Shown: positions 23,965-32,702 of the stretch, piece by piece | Position numbering within the stretch: position 1 is the stretch's first letter | Layout of the letters: every line of letters starts with the position of its first letter | NCBI GenBank assembly: GCA_040772545.1 | Contig: JAXGXY010000001.1 | Location: 4,993 to 68,992 of the forward strand | Direction: 5' to 3' | Length of the DNA stretch: 64,000 nt | Source of the DNA: Christensenellales bacterium | Lineage (GTDB): Bacteria; Bacillota; Clostridia; Christensenellales; UBA1431 | The notes under the pieces: model-generated | What the model was told of the DNA's origin: nothing | The model's input: the letters and a program-made list of their open reading frames with translations, nothing else | The model's database searches: none | Translations under genes and position numbers: made by a program

Positions 23965-25310
23965 AGGGCTTGAGGATCAACTCGACACAGAAGCTCGTGC
24001 TCGGCTACCTTGCGGTCATTTTCATCGGCGCAGCGCTTTTGAGCCTCCCTGTCGCCACGCGCGACGGAAACAGCGTCGGGATGATAAACGCCCTTTTCAC
24101 TTCGACTTCGGCCGTATGCGTCACCGGGCTCGTCACCGTAGATACAGGCACGACGTATTCGCTGTTCGGGCAGATCGTCATCCTGTTGCTCATCCAGACT
24201 GGCGGCCTGGGATTTATGACCATCGCCAGCCTCGCGTTTTTGCTGGTGAGGAAACGCATCACGCTGAGCGAGCGTTTGATCATCAAGGAATCGCTCAACC
24301 AGGACCGGACAGCGGGCTTGGTCCGGCTGGTCAGAAGGGTCCTGCTGTTGACCTTCATCCTCGAAGGGGCTGGCCTGATCCTGCTTTCGACACGGTTCAT
24401 CCCCTTTTACGGAGTGGAGAAGGGGCTGTATTTCAGTTTGTTCCACGCGGTTTCGGCTTTCTGCAACGCGGGGTTCGACCTGATCGGGAACTTTCAGTCG
24501 CTTGCGCCCTTCCGCAACGACGCGGTCGTGAACTTCACGGTCATGGGGCTCATCGTGCTGGGCGGGCTGGGGTTCGTGGTGATCACCGACATCTGGCGCA
24601 AGCGGTCGCTCAAGAAGCTGGACCTGCATAGTAAGGCCGTCCTGAAGATGACCGCGATCCTGGTCCTCGCCGGGGCCGCGCTGTTCTATATCATGGAGTC
24701 CGGCAACCCGGCGACGCTGGGTGCGGACGACGTGAACGGCGCTTCGAGGGTGATGGGCGCCTTCTTCCAGTCGGTAACCGTCCGCACAGCCGGCTTTAAC
24801 ACGGTCGCCCAGCCGTCGATGGCGCTGGCTTCCAAGCTCGGGGTCATGCTGCTCATGTTCATAGGCGCGTCGCCCGCTTCGACCGGCGGCGGCATCAAGA
24901 CGACTACGGCGTATGTGGTTTTCAAGACCGCGTTCGCGGTGATGCGGGGCCGCGACGAGGTGAACATGTTCGGCCGGCGCCTCGCGCGCGACGTCGTCAT
25001 GCGGTCGGTGGGGATACTTACCCTGGCGTTCGCGATCGTGTTCGGTTCCAGCCTGGTGGTGTTGATCGCGGAAGCGGGGACGAACAAGCCGTTTCAAAGC
25101 ATCGTATTCGAGGTGTTCTCGGCATTCGGCACCGTCGGCCTGTCCGACGGGATAACGCCGACGCTCGCGCCCCTGAGCAAGCTGATGATCATCATCACGA
25201 TGTTTGCCGGCAGGTTAGGGCCGCTCACGCTCACGATGGCTTTTGCGCGCCGCCTCCACTCTGCGGCCGGAAAGATACGTTATCCGGAAGACAGGCTCAT
25301 GGTGGGATGA
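23952..25310 (+). CDS. ktrB: TrkH/KtrB-family potassium uptake membrane subunit
   Basis: 452-aa polytopic protein with repeated pore-loop motifs (TGLVTVDTG, CNAGFDL, RTAGFNT, STGGGIKTTT). Confidence 0.9.
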   Translation: MAAVKGLRINSTQKLVLGYLAVIFIGAALLSLPVATRDGNSVGMINALFTSTSAVCVTGLVTVDTGTTYSLFGQIVILLLIQTGGLGFMTIASLAFLLVRKRITLSERLIIKESLNQDRTAGLVRLVRRVLLLTFILEGAGLILLSTRFIPFYGVEKGLYFSLFHAVSAFCNAGFDLIGNFQSLAPFRNDAVVNFTVMGLIVLGGLGFVVITDIWRKRSLKKLDLHSKAVLKMTAILVLAGAALFYIMESGNPATLGADDVNGASRVMGAFFQSVTVRTAGFNTVAQPSMALASKLGVMLLMFIGASPASTGGGIKTTTAYVVFKTAFAVMRGRDEVNMFGRRLARDVVMRSVGILTLAFAIVFGSSLVVLIAEAGTNKPFQSIVFEVFSAFGTVGLSDGITPTLAPLSKLMIIITMFAGRLGPLTLTMAFARRLHSAAGKIRYPEDRLMVG

Positions 25311-25328
25311 TTACTAAAAAGAGGGTTT

Positions 25329-25985
25329 ATGATGAAAAAACAGGTACTTGTGGTCGGTTTGGGAAGGTTCGGCACGAGCTTGGCAAAAACGCTTTCGATG
25401 CTGGGCTGCCAGGTGATGGCGATCGACTCGCGCCAGGAAAACGTCGAGGCGCTGGCAGACAACGTCACCCAGGCGCTGCAGATGGACGCCTCGGACGAAC
25501 AGGCTTTCAAGCAGATCGGCGCAGGCAACTTCGACGTGGCCGTCGTGGCGACGGGGGGTGACCAGAACGCCAGCGTCATCGTCACGCTGATGTGCAAGGA
25601 GGTCGGCATCCCGTTGGTGGTCGCGAAGGCCAACAGCGAGCTTCACGCGAAGATACTCTATAAGATCGGCGCCGACAAGGTCGTGTTCCCCGAACGCGAC
25701 ATGGGCGTCCGCGTCGCGCGGACGCTGTTTTCCCAGAGCGTGCTCGACCTGATCGAACTGACGGATGATTACTCCATCATCGAAATCAGGGCGCCGAAAA
25801 GCTGGGTGGGCAAATCGCTGGTCGACCTCGACCTGCGTTCGCGTTTCAACCTCAACGTCGTCGCGATCAAGACGAAAGAGGACGTGTTCACCGTCCCGGG
25901 CGGCACCGACGTTTTCCAAGAAGGCGACGTCGTGGTGCTCATCGGAAACACGAGAAGCATCGAGCGCGTGGAAAAGATGGGATGA
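25329..25985 (+). CDS. ktrA: TrkA/KtrA-family potassium uptake NAD-binding subunit
   Basis: The RCK N-domain starts with VVGLGRFG, and a TrkA_C domain follows. 218 aa, immediately after ktrB. Confidence 0.9.
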   Translation: MMKKQVLVVGLGRFGTSLAKTLSMLGCQVMAIDSRQENVEALADNVTQALQMDASDEQAFKQIGAGNFDVAVVATGGDQNASVIVTLMCKEVGIPLVVAKANSELHAKILYKIGADKVVFPERDMGVRVARTLFSQSVLDLIELTDDYSIIEIRAPKSWVGKSLVDLDLRSRFNLNVVAIKTKEDVFTVPGGTDVFQEGDVVVLIGNTRSIERVEKMG

Positions 25986-26341
25986 AACCCGAAAAATTTG
26001 CGCAAAAACGCCGCGATCAAAGACCGGGCGTTTTTGCATTAACAAGGAAACAATCCAGGGCGACGGGTAAATTGAACCTGCGTGGGACCTCTCCAGGAAA
26101 TCAATCGTTTGTTGAGATTGCCAACCGTGTCTCAACGTTGAATTCCCGATCCCCGGCCACTCCCTGGCCGATGATCTGTTCACCGATCAAACGCAGCATT
26201 TTACGTTGGCTGTCCGAAGCCCGTTCGACGGATTGGATCCTTTGTTACTGTTAGTATTACTGGATTGTTAAACAATTATGTGCCTGCCGGCAGGAAAATT
26301 CCGCCATTTTTTGGCGTCTGGCGGGCGAGAGTTAAAAATTT

Positions 26342-26370
26342 TTGATGCGCGGTCCGAACTGTGGTATAAT
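26342..26370 (+). promoter_or_regulatory. sigma-A-type promoter of tRNA-Ser (TTGATG, 17-nt spacer, TATAAT)
   Basis: Hexamers at 26342-26347 and 26365-26370, about 32 nt upstream of the tRNA 5' end. Confidence 0.55.
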
Positions 26371-26402
26371 AGTCGAGCATGCGAAAACCTTATACGATAT
26401 TT

Positions 26403-26494
26403 GGAGAGATGGCTGAGCTGGTCTAAGGCGCACGACTGGAAATCGTGTGTGCGTTAATAGCGCACCGAGGGTTCGAATCCCTCTCTCTCCGCCA
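26403..26494 (+). tRNA. tRNA-Ser (anticodon GGA), CCA encoded
   Basis: Folded by hand. Acceptor GGAGAGA/TCTCTCC, anticodon stem CACGA/TCGTG with loop CTGGAAA, long variable arm GTGCG...CGCAC, T-arm GAGGG-TTCGAAT-CCCTC, then discriminator G and CCA. Confidence 0.92.
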
Positions 26495-26496
26495 AA

Positions 26497-26536
26497 AACC
26501 CCCGTAAACAGTACGTTTACGGGGGTTCTTATTTTT
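26497..26536 (+). terminator. terminator after tRNA-Ser
   Basis: 13-bp stem AACCCCCGTAAAC/GTTTACGGGGGTT followed by CTTATTTTT. Confidence 0.8.
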
Positions 26537-26604
26537 GTTCGATGAATTCGAATACCGGCCTCAACGTCCGAAACGACACATTTTCGACACATCGGAAAAT
26601 TTAT

Positions 26605-27702
26605 TTAAGTAAGAAGCTTGGTGATTTCGGTGACAACGACCAGCTGCTGTTGGTCGCTCAGGTGGGTGTAGTGCTCGGTCATGGCTTCGGTGTTGTGGCC
26701 CACCCGCTGCATCACGTATTCCCGATCGACGCCAGCTTCCCGGAGAAGCGTCACGTGCGTGTGCCGGAGATCATGAAAGCGCATGTGCGGGAGGCCTGCG
26801 GCTTTTAATGCGTTCTTGAAAACATTTGAAAAACTGCCCGGTTGGTAAGGCTCTCCGTTCGCCCAGGTGCAGACGTACTGGGAATCCACATACGCGTCTC
26901 CCAGGTCCAACTTGTGCTCCATCTGGGCTTTCCGATGGGTCCGCAGCGCTTCCATGACGAAATCCGGGCAAAGGATGTCTGATACCCTGCGGTCCGATTT
27001 CAGGGTTGTTTCAACGGTCTCTCCACCGGCCGTCGTGCGGTTGGTGTGAAGATGAATGATCTTCTTCCGAAAACTGATGTCTTCCCAACGAAGCCCCAGG
27101 ACTTCCCCGCGGCGCATCCCAAGGCTCACGGCCAGCAGAACAGGAATGTATACTTCGCTGTCTTTCAGGGCTCCGAGCAGTTGCTTGACGCCGGCGGCGT
27201 TTAGGATCACGGGCTGGAAGGTTTTTTTGATCTTCGGGAGTTCCACATACTGGGCTGGGTTGTAGGGTATGATCCTCAGCCCGGCTGCTTTTTGCAGGGC
27301 GCTGTATAAGACCCGATGCACGTACTTGATGGAGTTATGCGAGAGGTTCTTTTCCGACGCCAGCTTCGAGTAAAGCTCGTCCACTTGCACGGGAGTGAGG
27401 AGCGACAGTTTGACATTGCCAAGCTCAGGGATAATATGGTTTTCGATGTTGTTCTTATATCCGGAGTAGGAGGTGGCTTTGATCTCCATGGACTTTGCAT
27501 CGAGCCAGTTGCGTAGCCAATCACGAAGCGCATAATCCTTCGCGGCGACACGTCCTTGGTCTTCGATGTGTTTGAGGTGTGCAGCCGCGTCCTTCTGCCG
27601 GTCGAACAGCCTTTTATGTTGTTTCCGCGTTCCGGATACCGGATCGGTGGTGTCGTACCTTAGTTCCCATTTGCCATTGTTCAGCTTTTTGATCGTGGCC
27701 AT
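26605..27702 (-). CDS. int: tyrosine recombinase / phage integrase
   Basis: N-terminal arm-binding-type MATIKKLNNGKWELRY. Catalytic RRGE...HDLRHTHVTLL...GHNTEAMTEHYTH (R-H-R-H/Y) in the C-terminus. Confidence 0.9.
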   Translation of the reverse strand: MATIKKLNNGKWELRYDTTDPVSGTRKQHKRLFDRQKDAAAHLKHIEDQGRVAAKDYALRDWLRNWLDAKSMEIKATSYSGYKNNIENHIIPELGNVKLSLLTPVQVDELYSKLASEKNLSHNSIKYVHRVLYSALQKAAGLRIIPYNPAQYVELPKIKKTFQPVILNAAGVKQLLGALKDSEVYIPVLLAVSLGMRRGEVLGLRWEDISFRKKIIHLHTNRTTAGGETVETTLKSDRRVSDILCPDFVMEALRTHRKAQMEHKLDLGDAYVDSQYVCTWANGEPYQPGSFSNVFKNALKAAGLPHMRFHDLRHTHVTLLREAGVDREYVMQRVGHNTEAMTEHYTHLSDQQQLVVVTEITKLLT

Positions 27703-27835
27703 CGAGGACTCCCCCCATAGTTTCATCTTCTATATCAAGGATAATCCCTGTAAATAATTTTTGCAGTAATGACTGACGCAATATAATCAACCGTTGCGTC
27801 ATGAAATGCGTTCTGATTTTTTGCAGATGAACTCC

Positions 27836-28435
27836 CTAAAACTTCCCCCTGAGTTCAACGACCTTCCCGTGTATGATAATGGGCAACTCCGCCATCTCTT
27901 TATATGTGAAGAATTTAGGTGAATAGGCCGTATTAAATGGAATAAGCGAAATGCCTTCTTCGTGTTTCGTTATTTTTTTGACTGTCGCATTGTAACCGTT
28001 CACATATACGACCGCGACATCGCCACTTTCGACATCAGGCTGCCGGCGAACGATCACGACGTCGCCTTCTTTGATTCGCGGCTCCATGCTGTCGCCCTGG
28101 ATCCTGAGAGCAAAGTATTCGCCACGGGCTGCAAGTTCTTCGGTGATCTCTTCGTAATCGATAATATCTTCAACAGCTTCGATAGGAACGCCGGCGGCAA
28201 TCACGCCGAGAACGGGTATTTTTACGCCTTTGCGTTTAGTGGTAGCATCATCACTTCCCAGAATATAATCAATAGACACTTCAAAATATTCAGACATTTT
28301 TTTAAGAACTGATATATCAGGTACAGTTCTATTTTTTTCCCATTGGCTTACAGCTGTCTGATGAACGTTTAATATTTCCGCTAGTTGTTTTTGGGATAAT
28401 TCTCGATTTTTTCTCAGTACCTTTATTTGATTCAA
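27836..28435 (-). CDS. CI/LexA-like repressor (XRE HTH plus S24 peptidase)
   Basis: HTH LSQKQLAEILNVHQTAVSQWEKN. The S24 domain has GDSMEPRI and a HGKVVEL-type Lys region. A TTG at 28435 preceded by GAAGGAAGG is the likely start; the maximal ORF reaches 28453. Confidence 0.85.
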   Translation of the reverse strand: MNQIKVLRKNRELSQKQLAEILNVHQTAVSQWEKNRTVPDISVLKKMSEYFEVSIDYILGSDDATTKRKGVKIPVLGVIAAGVPIEAVEDIIDYEEITEELAARGEYFALRIQGDSMEPRIKEGDVVIVRRQPDVESGDVAVVYVNGYNATVKKITKHEEGISLIPFNTAYSPKFFTYKEMAELPIIIHGKVVELRGKF

Positions 28436-28458
28436 AAAAACACCTTCCTTCAACCTCT

Positions 28459-28560
28459 AGTATAAGTATAGCTATTAATATATCAATAAAATTTATAAAA
28501 AGTAATAGAATAACTATTGACTTTCACGGATAGCCATATTATTATAATAGCGCAACTATT
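28459..28560. promoter_or_regulatory. divergent immunity-region promoters with three 42-bp-spaced operator-like dyads
   Basis: AATAG-N5-CTATT dyads lie at 28504-28518 and 28546-28560, with a degenerate copy (ATAAG-N5-CTATT) at 28462-28476. The rightward promoter is TTGACT 28517-28522 with TATTAT 28540-28545. The leftward promoter is TTGATA (complement of 28481-28486) with TATACT (complement of 28459-28464). Confidence 0.5.
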
Positions 28561-28587
28561 GATGCGTATGAAATGGAAGTGCTCAAT

Positions 28588-28779
28588 ATGATGGCTATTA
28601 AAAAATACAGGGACAAAATTGGAATGTCGCAGCAAACGCTTGCTGAAAAATTGCATGTTACACAGGGCGCCGTTTCTCAATGGGAAGCTGGTAGAACCGT
28701 ACCACAAATTAGTAAATTGCGTGAACTTGCAAAAATTTTCGATTGCACCGTCGATGATCTGCTCAAAGAGTCAGCGTAA
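28588..28779 (+). CDS. Cro-like XRE-family HTH regulator
   Basis: GMSQQTLAEKLHVTQGAVSQWEAGRTVP HTH motif. About 63 aa and divergent from the repressor gene. Confidence 0.8.
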   Translation: MMAIKKYRDKIGMSQQTLAEKLHVTQGAVSQWEAGRTVPQISKLRELAKIFDCTVDDLLKESA

Positions 28780-28847
28780 ATTTCTTACCCTTTTTCGTTT
28801 TCAGATACTGTGAACGCTTTCAAATTTACCAGAAAGGAGGCCCTAAA

Positions 28848-28985
28848 ATGCTCATCTTCGTATTTCTGTTCCTGCTTGGGATCATAGCGGTACTGGTGTT
28901 GTACCTGGCCTACGCAGTATCCCGGCTAGGAAGAAAGCTCGATGATACCCTCAGAATCACCTGGGTAGACGAAAGAAAGGAGTGA
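28848..28985 (+). CDS. hypothetical 45-aa single-pass membrane peptide
   Basis: Not in the ORF track (<60 aa). SD AAAGGAGG lies 8 nt upstream of the ATG. Sequence: MLIFVFLFLLGIIAVLVLYLAYAVSRLGRK... Confidence 0.35.
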   Translation: MLIFVFLFLLGIIAVLVLYLAYAVSRLGRKLDDTLRITWVDERKE

Positions 28986-28992
28986 TACCAAA

Positions 28993-29211
28993 GTGACTCA
29001 GGGCAAGACGATGAACCTGACACAAGCCGCAAAATACATTGGCCTGAGCACGACGGCATTGCGGGAGTACATGGAACAGGGCAAGCTCAGACACCTCCGA
29101 CACCACACCCGGAAGATCATCATCAAGGCAAAATGGTTAGACGAGCTGGTGGAACGCCTGGCTGACGAGACCATGGACAGGTTACATGCGGAGAAGGAGG
29201 TAAATAGGTGA
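28993..29211 (+). CDS. excisionase/MerR-like HTH DNA-binding protein
   Basis: MNLTQAAKYIGLSTTALREYMEQGKL is a typical Xis/AlpA-type HTH. GTG start with an upstream AAAGGAG. Confidence 0.55.
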   Translation: MTQGKTMNLTQAAKYIGLSTTALREYMEQGKLRHLRHHTRKIIIKAKWLDELVERLADETMDRLHAEKEVNR

Positions 29212-29375
29212 AAGCGAAATGCAGAACCTGCGGAAAATATTGGAATATCAGCTTATTTCAACAGTTCCCGCACAAGGGATATGAATGCCCGGTTTGTGAA
29301 CGGAAAAGAAAGTGGCGTGAATGGTACGGTCCTAGGAAGAGGATGCGTGATTCAGCAGGGGGCGTATTACTATGA
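29208..29375 (+). CDS. hypothetical 55-aa zinc-ribbon protein
   Basis: GTG overlaps the upstream stop (GTGA) and an SD GAAGGAGG lies upstream. Cysteine pairs CRTC...CPVC. Confidence 0.3.
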   Translation: MKAKCRTCGKYWNISLFQQFPHKGYECPVCERKRKWREWYGPRKRMRDSAGGVLL

Positions 29376-29757
29376 CGCAGCGGGAATTGCAGTCGGCGAT
29401 CCGCTGGGGCGTACTGTGGGCGATCGTGATGCCTGTAGCGTATTTCGTTGGATGGGTGGTAGTTTGCAGTGGTTGAATTGAATACGTGCCAGTTTTGCGT
29501 TGTATTGGTCCACCAAAAAGAGCAAAGGCCGCGGGGGTTGTATCGCGACCAATGCAGAAAATGGACCGGACCATTGAAAAACATTTTACAAATTTTAGCA
29601 CAAAAAGTCAATGACTTTTCCCAAAAATGCAAAGACTGCGGGGCAGCGCAGCCTTTGCAGATGTACGAAAACAATCGATGAAATAACCCTAACTAAGACT
29701 ATCAATAAAAACGGTGTATGTCAATCCGGCAGACACCAATAGAAAGGAGGACGATCT

Positions 29758-31023
29758 TTGAGCATCAAGATTAACAAGCTGGAAATCGAGAACGTGAAGC
29801 GTGTCAAGGCCGTAAAAATCGAGCCTGCTGCCAACGGATTGACAGTGATTGGCGGGAAGAACCGGCAGGGCAAAACCTCCGTGCTGGACTCCATCGCGTG
29901 GGCGCTGGGCGGCGACAGGTACCGCCCATCACAACCGCAGCGGGACGAGTCCGTTATCCCGCCGAATCTGCATGTCGTGATGTCAAACGGACTGGTTGTG
30001 GAGCGCAAGGGCAAGAACAGCGACTTAAAGGTTATTGACCCGAACGGCAGGAAAGGCGGCCAGCAGCTCCTCAACGAGTTCGTGGAGCAGCTTGCACTGG
30101 ACCTGCCGAAATTCATGCAGTACAGCTCCAAGGAAAAGGCAAATACCCTGCTGCAGATCATCGGCGTCGGGGACAGGCTCTGCGAACTGGAACAAAAGGA
30201 GCAGGAGCTATACAACCAGCGGCATGCCATCGGGCAAATCGCCGACCAGAAAAAGAAGTTCGCAAAGGAACAGCCATATTACCCCGACGCGCCGAAAGAA
30301 CCGGTCAGCGCGTCCGAACTCATCAAACAGCAGCAGGAGATACTGGCGCAAAACGGCGAGAACCAGCGCAAGCGGCAAAATCTAAAATGCTTGGAGAGCC
30401 AGGCCGCCGATATTCAGAAGCGCATCAGCGAGCTTCTGGAAAAGCAGAAGACGATTCTTGCCGACCTGGAGACCGCCCGGAAATCTGCGCTGGATCTTCA
30501 TGACGAATCTACCGCCGAGTTAGAGGAGAACATCGCCAACATCGAGGCGATCAACCAGAAGGTACGGGCGAACCTGGACAAGGACAAGGCGGAGGAAGAC
30601 GCGCTGGAATACAGCAACAAATACGCGGCACTCTCGAAACAACTCGAGGACGTACGTCAGGCCAAGGCCGACTTGCTCAAAGGCGCGAACCTTCCTCTGC
30701 CCGGTCTCTCGGTCGAGGACGGAGAACTGGTCTACGAGGGGAAAAAATGGGACAACATGGCTTCTTCCGACCAGCTCAAGGTGGCTGCGGCGATCGTCCG
30801 GCAGCTGAACCCCAAGTGTGGGTTCGTGTTGCTGGATAAGCTTGAACAAATGGATCTTGGCACCCTGAAAGAGTTTGGCGTGTGGCTGGAGGCGGAAGGC
30901 TTGCAGGCCATCGCGACCCGCGTCAGCACCGGAGACGAGTGTTCGATCATCATCGAGGACGGCATGGTTGCCGGGCAGGAACCCATATCTGAAACACCAA
31001 CATGGGAGGCAGGTAAGTTTTAA
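29758..31023 (+). CDS. SMC/RecF-like AAA ATPase (phage recombination/replication module)
   Basis: N-terminal LEIENVKRVKAV...VIGGKNRQGKTSVLDSI Walker A, a long central coiled coil, and a C-terminal LLDKLEQMD Walker B-like block. Confidence 0.65.
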   Translation: MSIKINKLEIENVKRVKAVKIEPAANGLTVIGGKNRQGKTSVLDSIAWALGGDRYRPSQPQRDESVIPPNLHVVMSNGLVVERKGKNSDLKVIDPNGRKGGQQLLNEFVEQLALDLPKFMQYSSKEKANTLLQIIGVGDRLCELEQKEQELYNQRHAIGQIADQKKKFAKEQPYYPDAPKEPVSASELIKQQQEILAQNGENQRKRQNLKCLESQAADIQKRISELLEKQKTILADLETARKSALDLHDESTAELEENIANIEAINQKVRANLDKDKAEEDALEYSNKYAALSKQLEDVRQAKADLLKGANLPLPGLSVEDGELVYEGKKWDNMASSDQLKVAAAIVRQLNPKCGFVLLDKLEQMDLGTLKEFGVWLEAEGLQAIATRVSTGDECSIIIEDGMVAGQEPISETPTWEAGKF

Positions 31024-32231
31024 TGGAAATCACAAGCGGAAAGATCGAAGGACCGCAGAAGATCGTAATCTACGGCCCGGAGGGGATCGGCAAATCCACG
31101 TTAGCGTCGAAGTTCCCCCGGCCTGTGTTCGTCGACACGGAAGGCAGCACAAAGCATCTGGACGTAGCCAGGACGCCACGGCCCAGCAGCTGGACCATGC
31201 TGATGGAGCAGGTAGCCTACGTCTGGGCGAAGCCCGACTTGTGCGACACGCTTGTCATCGATACGGCCGACTGGGCCGAGCAACTCTGCATTACAGAGAT
31301 ATGCGCGAAAGCGCAAAAGAACGGCATCGAGGATTTCGGCTATGGCAAAGGGTACGTCTACCTAGCGGAAGAATTCGGGCGATTGCTGAACATGCTGGAA
31401 CAGCTCATTGAAAAAGGCATTAACGTCGTAGTCGTCGCGCACGCCCAGATGCGCAAATTCGAACAGCCCGATGAAGCGGGAGCATACGACCGGTGGGAGC
31501 TGAAACTCCAGAAAAAAACGGCCCCGCTTCTGAAGGAATGGGCGGATATGGTGCTGTTCGCTAACTACAAAACCTATGTTGTCAACGTGGACGGGCAAGG
31601 CACGGAGAAGGGCAAGAACAAGGCCCAGGGCGGCAGCCGGGTCATGTATACGTCACATCACCCTTGCTGGGACGCAAAGAATCGGCATGATCTCCCGCCG
31701 GAAATCCGGCTCGACTTTGCGGAGATTGCCGCGCATATCGTAACGGGAACCAAAGTAGCCGCGCCGGTTACCACGAACGAACCGGAACCGACCGCTGCTC
31801 CCGAGCTTTCCGGAGAAGACCCGGCGGTGCCCACGGCAGCGACTGAGCCTACTGAACCCACGCCTACGCAACCGCCTGAAACCAAGGAAACACAAGCGGC
31901 GGCGAAGGAAGCCCCTGAACCTGACGCACGCCAAGTGCCTACGGAGCCTATCTCCGACGCTTCCGATAACGGGAACGAGGTAGATCCCGGAATTCCGAAA
32001 CCGCTGGCCGACCTGATGAAGGAAAACAAAGTAACGATTGCAGAAATTCAGGAGGCCGTGGCGGAAAGGGGCTATTACCCCAAGGACACGCCAATCGCCA
32101 ACTACGACCCGCAGTTCATATCGGGTGTGCTGGTGGGCGCCTGGGGACAGGTCTTCGAACTGATACGGCAACTCCGGGGAGTTCGTTTCCTCAGAGAAGA
32201 TGGGAAAAACAATTTACGGGAGGCAGTGTAA
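31023..32231 (+). CDS. Sak4-like RecA-fold ATPase with a long Pro/Thr/Glu linker and extra C-terminal domain
   Basis: KIVIYGPEGIGKSTLA Walker A and VIDTADW Walker B. Residues ~240-330 are a low-complexity P/T/E/A linker. Confidence 0.6.
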   Translation: MEITSGKIEGPQKIVIYGPEGIGKSTLASKFPRPVFVDTEGSTKHLDVARTPRPSSWTMLMEQVAYVWAKPDLCDTLVIDTADWAEQLCITEICAKAQKNGIEDFGYGKGYVYLAEEFGRLLNMLEQLIEKGINVVVVAHAQMRKFEQPDEAGAYDRWELKLQKKTAPLLKEWADMVLFANYKTYVVNVDGQGTEKGKNKAQGGSRVMYTSHHPCWDAKNRHDLPPEIRLDFAEIAAHIVTGTKVAAPVTTNEPEPTAAPELSGEDPAVPTAATEPTEPTPTQPPETKETQAAAKEAPEPDARQVPTEPISDASDNGNEVDPGIPKPLADLMKENKVTIAEIQEAVAERGYYPKDTPIANYDPQFISGVLVGAWGQVFELIRQLRGVRFLREDGKNNLREAV

Positions 32232-32702
32232 ATGAGCAGCAACACAGAAGGACATGAGCTTGGATGGGACTCGACGATTGAAAACGACAGCCCGGACTTT
32301 ATTATTCTGCCGGACGGCGACTACGATTTCGAAGTCATCGAATTCGAGCGCGCCCGGCACGCGGGCAGCGAGAAACTGCCCCCCTGCAACAAGGCCATCG
32401 TCCACATCAAGATCGTGACGGACGAAGGCATGAACATAATCCGGCACAACCTGTTCTTGCACTCGATCACCGAAGGCATGCTGTGCGCGTTCTTTACGGC
32501 CATCGGCCAGCGCCAGAAGGGCGAAAAGATAAGGATGAACTGGAACGCTGTAGTGGGCGCAAAAGGCCGGTGCAGAGTCGGGATCCGGAAATGGACGGCT
32601 GACAACGGCGAGGAGCGGACGTCCAACGAAATCAAGAAATTCTATGAACCCGCTGAAAAGGCGCCCGTTCAGCAGCAGGGCTTCGAGCCGGGTAAGTTCT
32701 GA
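32232..32702 (+). CDS. DUF669-family phage protein
   Basis: LPDGDYDFEVIEFE...KIVTDEG... pattern. It is the conserved partner downstream of Sak4-like ATPases. Confidence 0.5.
   Translation: MSSNTEGHELGWDSTIENDSPDFIILPDGDYDFEVIEFERARHAGSEKLPPCNKAIVHIKIVTDEGMNIIRHNLFLHSITEGMLCAFFTAIGQRQKGEKIRMNWNAVVGAKGRCRVGIRKWTADNGEERTSNEIKKFYEPAEKAPVQQQGFEPGKF

Noticed and set aside
25982-26254. 90-aa plus-strand ORF after ktrA, and a 32-aa minus-strand fragment near 26100-26200
   Set aside because: It overlaps the ktrA terminator and has no SD or motif. It could be a decayed remnant, but nothing supports a call.
26481-26604. Search for an attR copy of the tRNA-Ser 3' end or attL flank at the prophage's right end
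   Set aside because: By eye I found no match of 10 nt or more to the tRNA 3' half or the 26495-26604 flank in 59175-59340 or 63694-64000. attR is either deleted or lies beyond the window, so no att sites are annotated.
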